Counted from the first letter of the stretch, positions 45,894 through 56,258 are shown. The stretch is DNA of 61,271 nucleotides from a virus (IMGVR_UViG_3300032083_000576:1-61271), one strand, 5' to 3'. Notes: generated by a model not told the origin, from the letters alone. Translations and numbers: made by a program.

Positions 45894-46844
45894 ATGGAGC
45901 AACGAAAACAAGAATTAAAACCTGCTCTTCCCGAATGGCAACAGTTTCTTTTTAATTTTAAAAACAATCCGCTTACCGCTGTTAACCCTGAAATAGTTAA
46001 CGACCCAAGTTATCAAAAAATACAGGAAATAGCCAAAACTGTATTTCCTGCAGTAGACCCGAGAGACCCGTTAAATCAAATACAAACAGCCGCATCTAAA
46101 GATCCTCGAATAGGGGGGATTATTGCCGCAGCTAAATTACTTAAAAATAAAAAACGAAAAGCACCTGCGGTAATTAAAAAAGATCCAGGAGAACAGTTAG
46201 CTAAAAAATTAAATAAAAATGAACTGTATCACGGCAGTCCTTCAACAGGCATTATGGGATCTCTTAAAATACCAAAAGCTAAAGTAGACGAAAGAGCGGG
46301 GGATATAACAAGAGGCTCAAGTGGAGGGATATATACTACAACAGGATTATTAGATCCTAGATTAATGCTATATGCTAAAAAACGTAACCAAGAGCTTCCA
46401 GGTTCAGTTTATGGCGCTAAACCTAAATTCGAAAGAACATATGACGCACAAAATGTTGATCCCGAAGTAAGAAAATATTTAGAAAACAGAATTATAAGAA
46501 AAACCCAGAACCCAGATGATATAAATCGACAAACAGCATTCGGCATCGAACAATTATTAGATATAAATAGTAAATCAAAAAGAGGATTAGGTTATCCAAC
46601 ATATATGGCAAAAGATTTTGCAGATGTGTTTAGAGAGATTAACGAGTTTCGTCCTAATTTAAAAAATTACGATTCATTGTATTTTGGACCAAGAAATAGA
46701 ATAAGCAGAAAAGCTACAGGAAATTATGATGAATCAGATACCGTAATTTCTTTAAAAGACTTGGACATCCAAAGAGAAATTCCCTATGAAGAAATGGTAG
46801 AGCTGTTTGAAAAAGCAGGAAGATACTATCCAGGAAAATATTAA
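45894..46844 (+). CDS. Putative ADP-ribosyltransferase-fold (ART-PolyVal-like) protein
   Basis: LYHGS...GGIYTT...YA...GSVY...YDSL...ESDTVI pattern. Confidence 0.5.
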   Translation: MEQRKQELKPALPEWQQFLFNFKNNPLTAVNPEIVNDPSYQKIQEIAKTVFPAVDPRDPLNQIQTAASKDPRIGGIIAAAKLLKNKKRKAPAVIKKDPGEQLAKKLNKNELYHGSPSTGIMGSLKIPKAKVDERAGDITRGSSGGIYTTTGLLDPRLMLYAKKRNQELPGSVYGAKPKFERTYDAQNVDPEVRKYLENRIIRKTQNPDDINRQTAFGIEQLLDINSKSKRGLGYPTYMAKDFADVFREINEFRPNLKNYDSLYFGPRNRISRKATGNYDESDTVISLKDLDIQREIPYEEMVELFEKAGRYYPGKY

Positions 46845-48373
46845 TGACCGACGATAAAAGAAAAAAGTTACAACTCTTAAAAGGGATTAACTTAGACCAC
46901 CTTCATAAATCAGAAGCAAAAGAATTTACGGTTCTTTTAGAAGAACTCGAAAAACGCGACTTCCAAGAAAAATCAACAAGTACCTTTATGGAATTCGTCC
47001 GTGCGATCTGGACAGATTTTATAGACGGAGACCACCATAAACAAATGGCAGCGGCTTTTGATGATATAGCATCAGGTAAATTAAAAAGGCTAATAATAAA
47101 TATGCCGCCTAGACATACTAAATCTGAATTTGCGTCTCATTTGTTTCCTGCGTATTTATTAGGTAAAAACCCTAAATTAAAAATTATAGAAGCAACACAT
47201 ACCGCTGACCTTGCAGTTAACTTTGGACGTAAAGTTCGTGATTTAATTGACGGTGAGGAATATAAAGAATTATTTCCTGAAACAGAATTAAAAGCAGATA
47301 GCCGTTCTGCTGGTAAATGGTTAACAAATAAAGGCGGAGAATATTACGCGGCAGGTATCGGAGGCGCATTAGCAGGTAGGGGTGCTGATTTGTTTATTAT
47401 TGACGATCCGCATTCCGAACAAGACGCTATGTCTGATAAAGCATTAGACGAAGCTTACGAATGGTTTATGTCGGGACCACGTCAAAGGCTACAACCTGGA
47501 GGCGCAATCGTAATAGTTATGACTCGTTGGTCTAAAAAAGATTTAACAGGTCGTTTAATTAAGAAAATGTCACAAGACGAAGGAGCAGACCAATGGAAAC
47601 TAATTGAGTTTCCTGCAATACTGCCGAGTGGCAAATCATTATGGTCTAATTTTTGGTCGCTAGAAGAACTTAATACAATTAAAGCTTCTGTTAGTCCGTC
47701 GAAATGGGCTTCGCAATATATGCAAAGACCAACAGGTGAGGGTATATCTATTATACCGAAAGATTGGTTTAAGATTTGGGAACAAGATAAACCACCTTCG
47801 TGCGATTATATTATCCAAAGTTACGATACTGCTTTTTTAAAATCAGAAAGAGCTGACTTTACTGCAATAACTACGTGGGGAGTTTTTTATCCTGAAGGTA
47901 AAATAGGGGAAGAACATTACAAAGGTGGAGAAGCTCATTTAATTTTAATTGATTGTATAAAAGAACGTTTCGATTTCCCTGAATTAAAAGCTGAAGCTTT
48001 ACGGTTATATGAATATTGGGAACCTGATACAGTAATTATAGAAGCTAAAGCTAGTGGTATTCCGTTAGTACAAGAATTACGTAGAGTAGGTATTCCTGTA
48101 AACACTTTTAGTCCAGGAAAAGGTCAAGATAAGATTGCAAGACTTAACGCAGTATCTCCAATTTTCCAAGACGGAAGGATTTGGGTTCCTGAAAACAGGT
48201 GGGGAGAAGAACTTATGGAAGAAGTTTCTGATTTCCCTGCAGGCGAAAACGATGACCTTGTAGATGCGACAACTTTAGCATTAGCGCGGTTTAGGGAAGG
48301 TGGATTTTTAAGTCTTTCCACTGATTATGAAGACGAGTACGATTACCCAAGAACGCAAAGGGTTTATTATTAA
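46844..48373 (+). CDS. terL: Terminase large subunit
   Basis: IINMPPRHTKS, GRGADLFIIDDPH, YMQRP, SYDTAF, IEAKASG, DDLVDA. Confidence 0.96.
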   Translation: MTDDKRKKLQLLKGINLDHLHKSEAKEFTVLLEELEKRDFQEKSTSTFMEFVRAIWTDFIDGDHHKQMAAAFDDIASGKLKRLIINMPPRHTKSEFASHLFPAYLLGKNPKLKIIEATHTADLAVNFGRKVRDLIDGEEYKELFPETELKADSRSAGKWLTNKGGEYYAAGIGGALAGRGADLFIIDDPHSEQDAMSDKALDEAYEWFMSGPRQRLQPGGAIVIVMTRWSKKDLTGRLIKKMSQDEGADQWKLIEFPAILPSGKSLWSNFWSLEELNTIKASVSPSKWASQYMQRPTGEGISIIPKDWFKIWEQDKPPSCDYIIQSYDTAFLKSERADFTAITTWGVFYPEGKIGEEHYKGGEAHLILIDCIKERFDFPELKAEALRLYEYWEPDTVIIEAKASGIPLVQELRRVGIPVNTFSPGKGQDKIARLNAVSPIFQDGRIWVPENRWGEELMEEVSDFPAGENDDLVDATTLALARFREGGFLSLSTDYEDEYDYPRTQRVYY

Positions 48374-48399
48374 TGAAATAAGTAGTAGAGTTTGTATAT

Positions 48400-50829
48400 A
48401 TGGCAATAGAAAGATCACCATTTTCAGTAATTCCAGGAACTGAAGAAGACCTAGCAATAGAAATTGAACAACCTGAAATGATGGATTCTCAAAATACGGA
48501 AGTGTATTTAGCAGAAGACGGATCCGCTACGATTGGATTTGATCCCGAAGAACAAATTAATTTACAGTTCGGAGAAAACATAGCAGAAGCGCTAGACGAA
48601 CGTCAATTACAACAAATTGCTAGTGAGTTAGTTGAAAATTACGAAGAAGATCTAAATTCACGAGACGATTGGTTTAATACTTTTAGTAAAGGTTTAGATT
48701 TATTAGGGATTAGAGGGGAAGATCGTTCAGAACCATTTGAAGGAGCTTCAGGAGTTCATCACCCAATACTTTCAGAAGCAGTTACACAGTTTCAATCACA
48801 AGCTTATAAAGAATTATTACCTGCAGGTGGACCAGTAGACGTAGAAATACTAGGAGTTAGTAACGACGCTAAGTTAGAAAAAGCAAATCGTGTTAAAAAC
48901 TTCATGAATTACCAAATAACGTACAAAATGGACGAATTTGACCCTGAAATGGATCAATTATTGTTTTATTTACCGTTATCAGGTTCAGCATTTAAGAAAA
49001 TTTACTATGATCCGTCATTAGGACGAGCCACCTCACGGTTTATTAAGGCAGAAGACCTAGTTGTTCCGTATTACGCAGTAGATTTACTTACTGCACCAAG
49101 AATTACGCATGTTATGTACATGACAGAAAACGAAATGCGTAAATTACAAATTTCTGGGTTCTATAGAGAGACATCTATGAGCGATCCAGCCTCAATATCA
49201 ACTACAGCGCTTGACGATAAGTTTGACGAACTTGAAGGTTTGTCCAGAACAGCGCAAAGTGAAGAATTTACATTGTTAGAAGTACATGTAGACCTTGATA
49301 TTGAAGGTTTTGAAGATAAAAATGCACAGGGAGAAGAAACAGGTTTAGCATTGCCGTATATTGTTACAATTTGTAAAGATAACAGCGAAGTTTTGGCAAT
49401 CCGTCCAAATTATGATCCGAAAGACCCCATGCGCAAGAAAATAGAGCACTTCACCCACTTTAAATTCTTGCCTGGACTAGGATTTTATGGATTTGGCTTA
49501 ATTCACATGATGGGCGGGTTGACCAGATCAGTAACAGCGATATTAAGGCAACTTATCGACGCAGGTACGTTATCAAACCTACCAGCAGGGTTTAAATCAC
49601 GTGGATTAAATATCCAAAAACATGACGACCCACTTCAACCTGGAGAATGGAGAGATGTGGACGTTCCTGGAGGTCGATTAGCTGATTCATTCCTTCCATT
49701 GCCGTATAAAGAACCAAGTGCAACATTAACTAATTTGTTAAGTGTTTTAATTGATTCAGGTAAACAATTTGCAGCAACTATTGAACAACCCACAAGTGAC
49801 GGGAACTCAGAAGCCCCAGTAGGAACAACTGTTGCTTTATTAGAAAAAGGTCAACGAGTTATGTCCGCAATACATAAACGTTTACATTACGCACAGCGTC
49901 AAGAGTTTAAAATTCTTAAAAGAGTTTTTAGCGAATCACTACCTCCCGAGTATCCGTATTCAGTACAAGGTGCTTCTGAAAACGTATTTGCAACAGATTT
50001 TGATAAATCAGTAGATGTAATACCTGTAAGCGATCCTAATATTTTTAGTATGACTCAAAGGATAGTTCTTGCACAAACACAATTACAAATGGCACAAGCT
50101 GCTCCTGATATCCATAATTTACGAGAAGCGTATAGAAAAATGTATCTTGCTTTAAATATTAAAGATATAGATTCTATTTTGCCTCAAGAAGAAGAAATAC
50201 CACCTAGAGACCCAATAAGTGAACAACAAGCCTCATTAACAGGAAATCCTATAAAAGCTTTTGAATTCCAAAACCACGAAGCATATATAGCAGCACATAG
50301 TTCTTTTTTACAAAACCCAATGACTCAACAAAATCCTGGGGTACTGCAGGCGATAGGTGCGAATATACAAGAACACCAAGCAATGTTGTATAGAATTCAA
50401 ATTGAACAAGCGTTAGGTCAATCACTACCACCTCTTGATCAGCCAATGCCTCCAGAACTAATGAATGAAATTGCAGTAGCCGCAGCAACCGCAACCCAAC
50501 AAGTTACAGGTCAGGCACAAGCGATGGCAGAAGCACAAGCGAGAGCACAACAAGATCCGCAACGTGAAATGTTCCAACAACAACTCCAACAAGAACGCGA
50601 TGAGTTAATGCAAAAAGAAGCAAGCGAACAACGTAGAGTTGAGATGGATATGCAAAAAGCAGGAATCAATGCGCAAATAGAACTTGAAAGAATAGAAGCA
50701 TCCAGAGATGCAGCAGAAATTAAAACAGCTGTCGATCTTCAAGAACTAGAAATGAAAAACGAAAGAGACGTAGAAAAGAATTTTAACGAACTAGTTAAAA
50801 CAGTGAAAACCACAACGAGAGAGGAATAG
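48400..50829 (+). CDS. Portal protein (P22-like)
   Basis: Follows terL; GSAFKKIYYD, PGLGFYGFG, DAGTLSN, long Gln-rich barrel. Confidence 0.9.
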   Translation: MAIERSPFSVIPGTEEDLAIEIEQPEMMDSQNTEVYLAEDGSATIGFDPEEQINLQFGENIAEALDERQLQQIASELVENYEEDLNSRDDWFNTFSKGLDLLGIRGEDRSEPFEGASGVHHPILSEAVTQFQSQAYKELLPAGGPVDVEILGVSNDAKLEKANRVKNFMNYQITYKMDEFDPEMDQLLFYLPLSGSAFKKIYYDPSLGRATSRFIKAEDLVVPYYAVDLLTAPRITHVMYMTENEMRKLQISGFYRETSMSDPASISTTALDDKFDELEGLSRTAQSEEFTLLEVHVDLDIEGFEDKNAQGEETGLALPYIVTICKDNSEVLAIRPNYDPKDPMRKKIEHFTHFKFLPGLGFYGFGLIHMMGGLTRSVTAILRQLIDAGTLSNLPAGFKSRGLNIQKHDDPLQPGEWRDVDVPGGRLADSFLPLPYKEPSATLTNLLSVLIDSGKQFAATIEQPTSDGNSEAPVGTTVALLEKGQRVMSAIHKRLHYAQRQEFKILKRVFSESLPPEYPYSVQGASENVFATDFDKSVDVIPVSDPNIFSMTQRIVLAQTQLQMAQAAPDIHNLREAYRKMYLALNIKDIDSILPQEEEIPPRDPISEQQASLTGNPIKAFEFQNHEAYIAAHSSFLQNPMTQQNPGVLQAIGANIQEHQAMLYRIQIEQALGQSLPPLDQPMPPELMNEIAVAAATATQQVTGQAQAMAEAQARAQQDPQREMFQQQLQQERDELMQKEASEQRRVEMDMQKAGINAQIELERIEASRDAAEIKTAVDLQELEMKNERDVEKNFNELVKTVKTTTREE

Positions 50830-50831
50830 TT

Positions 50832-51050
50832 ATGAGAAGATATTTTGACAATGATGATTATCCAAGCCCTTCATCTAAAAGCTATAAAGCTGAACCTAGT
50901 GAACCTTCTGTACAAGACGACACTAGAACACAAGATGTAAAAGCGGGCGAACTAATTACTAAAGATGATAAAGTAGTTGGTGAAAAAGCTAAGATGAAAG
51001 CTGGATACGGTCAAACAAAAGGACTTCTTTATTATAAGTACATTAAATAA
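50832..51050 (+). CDS. Hypothetical protein
   Basis: GAGG SD; KAGYGQTKG motif. Confidence 0.65.
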   Translation: MRRYFDNDDYPSPSSKSYKAEPSEPSVQDDTRTQDVKAGELITKDDKVVGEKAKMKAGYGQTKGLLYYKYIK

Positions 51051-51057
51051 ATAATTA

Positions 51058-51255
51058 ATGGATTATATTAAAGCGGCGGAGCATTTGCTCCAAAAAATAC
51101 GAAAGAGAAAAGAAAATCTTTCGCAAACACTGGCTACAGGTAGTGTTCAGGATTTTGAACAATATCATAGAGTAGTTGGTGAAATCGCAGGTTTGAATAT
51201 AGCGGAGCAGGAGATTCAAACTTTAAATAAAAATATGGAGGACATAGATGACTGA
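51058..51255 (+). CDS. Conserved hypothetical protein
   Basis: G..QDFEQYHRVVGEIAGL motif, typical just upstream of phage GroES. Confidence 0.75.
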   Translation: MDYIKAAEHLLQKIRKRKENLSQTLATGSVQDFEQYHRVVGEIAGLNIAEQEIQTLNKNMEDIDD

Positions 51256-51682
51256 TACTGTTCCAAATCGAGTAGATAATTTTGGCAGCACTGACATACA
51301 ACCTGTAGAAAAACAGGAAGTTGGATTAACTGTTGAAACATTAGATTCGCACACGGAAAAATTACCGCACCCCACTGGTTATAGAATTTTAATCCTGCCT
51401 TTTGTGGCACAAGCAGTGACTAAAGGAGGCATACATTTATCTAAACAAACGCTAGACAAAGAACGACTAGCAACTGTTGTAGGTTATGTTGTCGAACTTG
51501 GACCTGACGCCTACGGAGACTTAAACAAGTTTCCTGATGGACCTTGGTGTAAAAAAGGAGATTGGGTTATATTCGGCAGATATGCTGGAGCTCGTTTTCA
51601 AATAGAAGGTGGCGATATGCGCCTTTTAAATGATGATGAAATTTTAGCAAAAATAGACAACCCAGAGGATATATTATCATAA
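51248..51682 (+). CDS. groES: Co-chaperonin GroES
   Basis: PTGYRILI, TKGGI, VELGPDAY, GDWVIFGRYAG, LLNDDEILA. Confidence 0.92.
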   Translation: MTDTVPNRVDNFGSTDIQPVEKQEVGLTVETLDSHTEKLPHPTGYRILILPFVAQAVTKGGIHLSKQTLDKERLATVVGYVVELGPDAYGDLNKFPDGPWCKKGDWVIFGRYAGARFQIEGGDMRLLNDDEILAKIDNPEDILS

Positions 51683-51695
51683 ACGTGGAGAAACC

Positions 51696-52583
51696 ATGCA
51701 AGAAGAAGCACAAAAAATAGAACTAGAACTTCCTGAAGGAGAAGTTGATATAAGAGAAGCAGATGTAGACGATTCAATCACAACCGTCGAAGAATCTGTA
51801 GTTGAAGAGGTTTCTACCTCTTCTGAACAAGAACTAGATGCGATTAGTGATACTGTACAAAAACGTATAGATAAACTAACATATAAAATGAGAGAGGCAG
51901 AAAGACAGCGAGATGAAGCTGTTAATTACGCTCAAAACATCCATACGGACAATACTCAGCTAAAAGAAAAGTTAAAGAATTCAGATTCTTCTCTTTTCAA
52001 AGAGTACGACAGTAGAGTACAATCGAATATTGAAAGAGCAAAACTTGATCTAAGGGACGCTCAAGAAAAAGGAGATGCCGATGAAATTGCTAGTGCAACA
52101 GAATTACTTTCAAGGAGTGCAGCAGAAGCTGAAAACCTTAGAAGACTATCTGCACAGCAAAAAGCAAGACAAACTTCTAATGAGGAAGAAGTTGTCAACC
52201 AAGTTCCTAATTTTAACCAACCTGTTCAACAAGCTCAACCAGATCCAAAAGCAGAAGCTTGGGCTAACAAAAATAATTGGTTTGGAGATGATCAAGCGAT
52301 GACCTACGCAGCATTTGGAATACATAGGCAATTAGTAGAAGAAGGAGTAGATCCCCACACTGATAATTACTACAACCAAGTTGATCAAAAAATTAGGGAA
52401 TATTTTCCTCAAAAGTTTTCGGAAGAGCAATCTGCACCCGCACAACAGGTTGCAGCTTCTAGCAGAGGTGCTACAGGCAAAAGAAACGTGCGCAAAATAA
52501 AACTCACACCAAGTCAAGTAGCAATAGCTAAAAGACTAAATGTGCCACTAGAAGAATATGCGAAGCATATCGAAGGAGTATAA
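51696..52583 (+). CDS. Capsid scaffolding protein
   Basis: Acidic N-terminus, coiled coil, PDPKAEAWA..NNWFG, C-terminal LTPSQVAIAKRLNVPLEEYAK. Confidence 0.8.
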   Translation: MQEEAQKIELELPEGEVDIREADVDDSITTVEESVVEEVSTSSEQELDAISDTVQKRIDKLTYKMREAERQRDEAVNYAQNIHTDNTQLKEKLKNSDSSLFKEYDSRVQSNIERAKLDLRDAQEKGDADEIASATELLSRSAAEAENLRRLSAQQKARQTSNEEEVVNQVPNFNQPVQQAQPDPKAEAWANKNNWFGDDQAMTYAAFGIHRQLVEEGVDPHTDNYYNQVDQKIREYFPQKFSEEQSAPAQQVAASSRGATGKRNVRKIKLTPSQVAIAKRLNVPLEEYAKHIEGV

Positions 52584-52584
52584 A

Positions 52585-53082
52585 ATGACAGAAGATAATA
52601 AAACAGACGTCACCACTGATCGTAACTCACGATCTGCAGAGACACGAGATACACAAACTCGCAGAAAACCTTGGCAACCCCCGTCTATGTTAGACGCACC
52701 CGCAGCTCCTCCTGGATACCAACATCGTTGGATTCGAGAATCTGTAAGAGGATCAGATGATAAATCTAATATGTCGAAACGTATTAGAGAAGGATATGAA
52801 CCTGTGAGAGCAGAAGATTATCCTGATTTTGAAGCTCCTACTATAGAGGATGGAAACAGATCAGGAGTTATTGGAGTTGGAGGTTTAATCCTCGCAAAAG
52901 TTCCAGTTGAAACCGCAAATGAAAGAAACGCTTATTTTAAAACACAAACAAGCGACCAACTTAACGGTGTAGACCATAACTATATGCGAGAAAGCGATCC
53001 TAAGATGCCTATTAAGGATAGTGATATTCAAAGGTCATCAAAGGTTCAATTTGGTAGTCGACCAGATGAGTCGTCTAAATAA
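52585..53082 (+). CDS. Conserved head-module protein
   Basis: AAGGAG SD; WQPPSMLDAP, HRWIR, REGYEPV, VGGLILAK. Confidence 0.8.
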   Translation: MTEDNKTDVTTDRNSRSAETRDTQTRRKPWQPPSMLDAPAAPPGYQHRWIRESVRGSDDKSNMSKRIREGYEPVRAEDYPDFEAPTIEDGNRSGVIGVGGLILAKVPVETANERNAYFKTQTSDQLNGVDHNYMRESDPKMPIKDSDIQRSSKVQFGSRPDESSK

Positions 53083-53112
53083 TAATAATAATTTTATATA
53101 GAGGTATATATT

Positions 53113-53652
53113 ATGGCAAATACTGATGCCCCAAACGGGTTTACGCCAGCATACCACATGTATGGAGGTGTTATTCGTCCGTCTCGTATGAGAATTGCTA
53201 GTGCAACTAATGCATCAATCTTTTCAGGTGATGTTGTTTCTTTATCTAGTGGTTACGTAATTCAAGGCACGGCGACAAGCACTCCTATAGGTGTTTTTTA
53301 TGGTGTATTTTTTACAGCAACTGATGGCACTCCAACTTTTTCTAAAGTTTGGACTGCTGACACGGCTACACAAGGCGGAGCGGATGCCGAAGCTTTAGTT
53401 TATAGCGATCCTGGTATCGTTTATGAAGCTCAATTTACTGCAGGTACACCTGCTGTAAGTTTTATCGGCAGCAAGTATACTCTTTCAACTACTGCGGGCT
53501 CAACGCTCAACGGTAGATCGAAAGAAGGTGTTACTGCAACAACTTCGTCAGGTATAGCTTTATGTGTAGGCTTTAACTTGTCCCCATCGAATTCGATAGG
53601 CGCAAGTGCAAGAGCTTACTTCACATTCCCGACGAATACGTTCGCGGTTTAA
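53113..53652 (+). CDS. Capsid decoration / minor head protein
   Basis: MANTDAPNGF.P N-terminus; directly upstream of MCP. Confidence 0.7.
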   Translation: MANTDAPNGFTPAYHMYGGVIRPSRMRIASATNASIFSGDVVSLSSGYVIQGTATSTPIGVFYGVFFTATDGTPTFSKVWTADTATQGGADAEALVYSDPGIVYEAQFTAGTPAVSFIGSKYTLSTTAGSTLNGRSKEGVTATTSSGIALCVGFNLSPSNSIGASARAYFTFPTNTFAV

Positions 53653-53668
53653 TTTAGGAGTATAAATA

Positions 53669-54577
53669 ATGGCAATTAATAGAGCACAATTAGTAAAAGA
53701 GCTAACTCCTGGACTGCACGCACTTTTTGGGTTAGAGTATGATCGTTATAACAACGAACATGAAGATATTTTCGACACCGAAAGTTCTGAAAGAGCTTTC
53801 GAGGAAGAAGTAATGTTAACTGGCTTCGGTGAAGCATCTGTTAAAGGGGAAGGCGCAGGAGTCGTTTACGACACAGCGCAAGAAGCTTGGACAGCACGTT
53901 ATTCACACGAAACTGTTGCACTAGCTTTCGCCTTAACGGAAGAAGCTATTGAAGACAATCTTTATGATACTCTTTCTTCAAGGTACACAAGAGCCTTAGC
54001 TCGTTCAATGCAAACAACCAAACAGGTTAAAGCAGCGAATGTTCTTAATAACGCTTTCAACTCCAGCTTTGTTGGTGGTGATGGTAAAGAACTTTGCGCT
54101 ACTGATCACCCGACAGTTGCAAACATTGACATGAAAAATGAGCTAAGTACGGCAGCAGACCTTAATGAAACTTCTCTTGAACAAGCTTTGATTGATATCG
54201 CAGCTTTTCAAGACGAAAGAGGTCTTAAAATAAATGCACAAGCAACGAAATTAATCATTCCGCCTGCTTTGCAATTTACAGCTGACAGACTCATGGAAAG
54301 TCCTGGACGAGTAGCAACCTCAGATAACGATATCAATGCTATAAGAAATATGGGCATGGTTTCAGGAGGATACGCGGTAAATCATTATCTAACAGATACT
54401 GATGCGTTCTTTTTAAAAACTGATGTACCTAATGGTCTTAAGCATTTCGTTAGAACACCTGTATCTACCAGTATGGAAGGCGACTTCGAAACTGGAAACG
54501 TTAGATATAAGGCTAGAGAGCGTTACAGCTTTGGATTTAGTGATTGGAGAGGAATTTTCGGATCTCCAGGAGCTTAA
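53669..54577 (+). CDS. Major capsid protein (Mu gpT-like, HK97 fold)
   Basis: MAINRAQLVKELTPGL..LFGLEY, EEAIEDNLY, GGDG..L....HP, ARERYSFG.SDWRG.FGSPGA. Confidence 0.93.
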   Translation: MAINRAQLVKELTPGLHALFGLEYDRYNNEHEDIFDTESSERAFEEEVMLTGFGEASVKGEGAGVVYDTAQEAWTARYSHETVALAFALTEEAIEDNLYDTLSSRYTRALARSMQTTKQVKAANVLNNAFNSSFVGGDGKELCATDHPTVANIDMKNELSTAADLNETSLEQALIDIAAFQDERGLKINAQATKLIIPPALQFTADRLMESPGRVATSDNDINAIRNMGMVSGGYAVNHYLTDTDAFFLKTDVPNGLKHFVRTPVSTSMEGDFETGNVRYKARERYSFGFSDWRGIFGSPGA

Positions 54578-54595
54578 TCTTTACAGTTCTTATTG

Positions 54596-54627
54596 GAAAA
54601 GGGATCTTCGGATCCCTTTTCTTTTTT
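54596..54627 (+). terminator. Rho-independent terminator after MCP
   Basis: GAAAAGGGATC-TTCG-GATCCCTTTTC-TTTTTT. Confidence 0.9.
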
Positions 54628-54652
54628 GATTCGATGATATAGAATGGATTCG

Positions 54653-54712
54653 AACTAGGGTAATTATAATTAATCTATCGACTGACCTAGCAGACTCGCC
54701 AAGACGATAGAA
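54653..54712 (+). ncRNA. Pseudoknotted RNA element downstream of MCP, probably the Mu-gpT-DE motif
   Basis: TCTATCG/CGATAGA stem enclosing CTG-ACCTAG-CAG whose loop pairs with upstream CTAGG 54655-59; location matches the described Mu-gpT downstream element. Confidence 0.6.
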
Positions 54713-54732
54713 TTTTATTAAGGAGACTTAAT

Positions 54733-55242
54733 ATGGCAAAATCGACATTTTCAGGTCCAGTCAAATCTTTGACAGGATTTATTTCAGCAGGTGTTGGCAA
54801 CAGCGTAAGCTTAACAGCAGACACCTCATTAACAGTAGCAGATCACGCAGGAAAAATCTTGTTGTGTAATGATGCAGACGGTAAATTTACTTTACCTTCT
54901 ATAAATATTTCAGTTCCAACTGATTCAACAGACCCAAACCAGTTAAACAATATCGGGGCTTCTTTCTATTTTGTAATAGAAACAGCAGCTACTGATCTTG
55001 ATATTTTAACTGACGGAACTGACAAGTTTGAAGGTGCGGTACTTATTGCTGTAGATGACGGAGCTAAAAAAGCTTTTGTTCCAGCAGCATCTAACGATGT
55101 TATGACTATGAATGGTTCAACAAAAGGTGGTATTGCAGGGAGTGTTGTAAAGGTTACAGCTATCGATGCAGTAACTTATTTAGTTCATGATTCATTGTTA
55201 ATTGGTTCAGGAACTATAGTTACACCATTTGCTGACGCTTAA
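54733..55242 (+). CDS. Structural protein
   Basis: MAKSTFSGPVKS N-terminus; AAGGAG SD. Confidence 0.75.
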   Translation: MAKSTFSGPVKSLTGFISAGVGNSVSLTADTSLTVADHAGKILLCNDADGKFTLPSINISVPTDSTDPNQLNNIGASFYFVIETAATDLDILTDGTDKFEGAVLIAVDDGAKKAFVPAASNDVMTMNGSTKGGIAGSVVKVTAIDAVTYLVHDSLLIGSGTIVTPFADA

Positions 55243-55256
55243 TTTAGGAGACTAAT

Positions 55257-55583
55257 ATGAGCTCATCAGATGTAAAAGCCTCCGTACCTTTGACTGCTAC
55301 TGGTCAGTTACAGGGAACCATAGGCACTGGGGCGGGCACAGCGACTAATTTAGGACCACTAAGAGTTCAGTCAGTACAGGCTCAAGCTAGTGCTGCCGAT
55401 GCTACTATAAAAGTATACGATGGAACAGGTGCTTCTGGAACTAAACTTCTAATGGAATTTAAATTTGGTAGCGCGGCAAACGAATCGTTTGACCACTATC
55501 TGCCTAATGACGGAGTTTACTTTAAGAATGGGGCATACGTCGTGTTGGCTAATTGCGACTTCTTTGTTGCTTATCATTGTTAA
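55257..55583 (+). CDS. Structural protein
   Basis: Beta-rich; LPNDGVYFKNGAYV. Confidence 0.7.
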   Translation: MSSSDVKASVPLTATGQLQGTIGTGAGTATNLGPLRVQSVQAQASAADATIKVYDGTGASGTKLLMEFKFGSAANESFDHYLPNDGVYFKNGAYVVLANCDFFVAYHC

Positions 55584-55586
55584 AAT

Positions 55587-56258
55587 ATGGCAACCTCAGG
55601 AACTCGTACATTTAGTTTAGATGTAGCGACAGCAATAGAAGAGGCATATGAACTTGCGGGTCTAGAAGCCCGCACGTCATACGATGCCGTAACTGCTCGT
55701 CGTTCTTTAAATATCATGTTTGCCGATTGGGCAAATAGAGGTATTCAGATGTGGGAAGTTGTTAAAGTTGAACAAGCTTTAACTAAAGGAGATGAAACAT
55801 ACTCTTTAAATTCTTCTGATATCGATATTTTAGATGCGTACATACAAAAAACAGTAGGAAACACGGTTACAGATTTTTCGTTAAGTAGGATTGATCGTAA
55901 CGAATATGTAAATATTCCTGTAAAAGCAACAGAAGCTAGACCCACACAGTTTTGGTTAGAAAGATTGATAACCCCTGTTATACACCTCTATCCAGCGCCC
56001 GAGAATTCAACCGACAAACTCATTTACTATTCTTGGCAAAGAATACAAGACGCAACCACGTCACTTAATGATTTAGATATCCCAAATAGATTTATGCCTT
56101 GTTTGGTTTCTGGGTTAGCTTATTACCTTTGTTTAAAAAAGAACACTCAAAAAATTTCTATAATTCAACCGTTATATGAACAAAATCTTGAAAATGCAAT
56201 TAAATATGATGAAGATAGGTCTTCGATACATTTAGTTCCAAATAGGAGTTATATTTAA
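55587..56258 (+). CDS. Head-tail adaptor (P22 gp4 / tubular protein A-like)
   Basis: MATSGT, IEEAYE, ARRSLN...WANRG, LYPAP, GLAYY. Confidence 0.8.
   Translation: MATSGTRTFSLDVATAIEEAYELAGLEARTSYDAVTARRSLNIMFADWANRGIQMWEVVKVEQALTKGDETYSLNSSDIDILDAYIQKTVGNTVTDFSLSRIDRNEYVNIPVKATEARPTQFWLERLITPVIHLYPAPENSTDKLIYYSWQRIQDATTSLNDLDIPNRFMPCLVSGLAYYLCLKKNTQKISIIQPLYEQNLENAIKYDEDRSSIHLVPNRSYI

Noticed and set aside
1634-54629. Many other short minus-strand or nested ORFs in the track (e.g. 5103-5459, 12949-13443, 16950-17285, 4183-4380, 23086-23352)
   Set aside because: They overlap well-supported plus-strand genes and have no motifs; only the SNF2 helicase is a credible minus-strand gene
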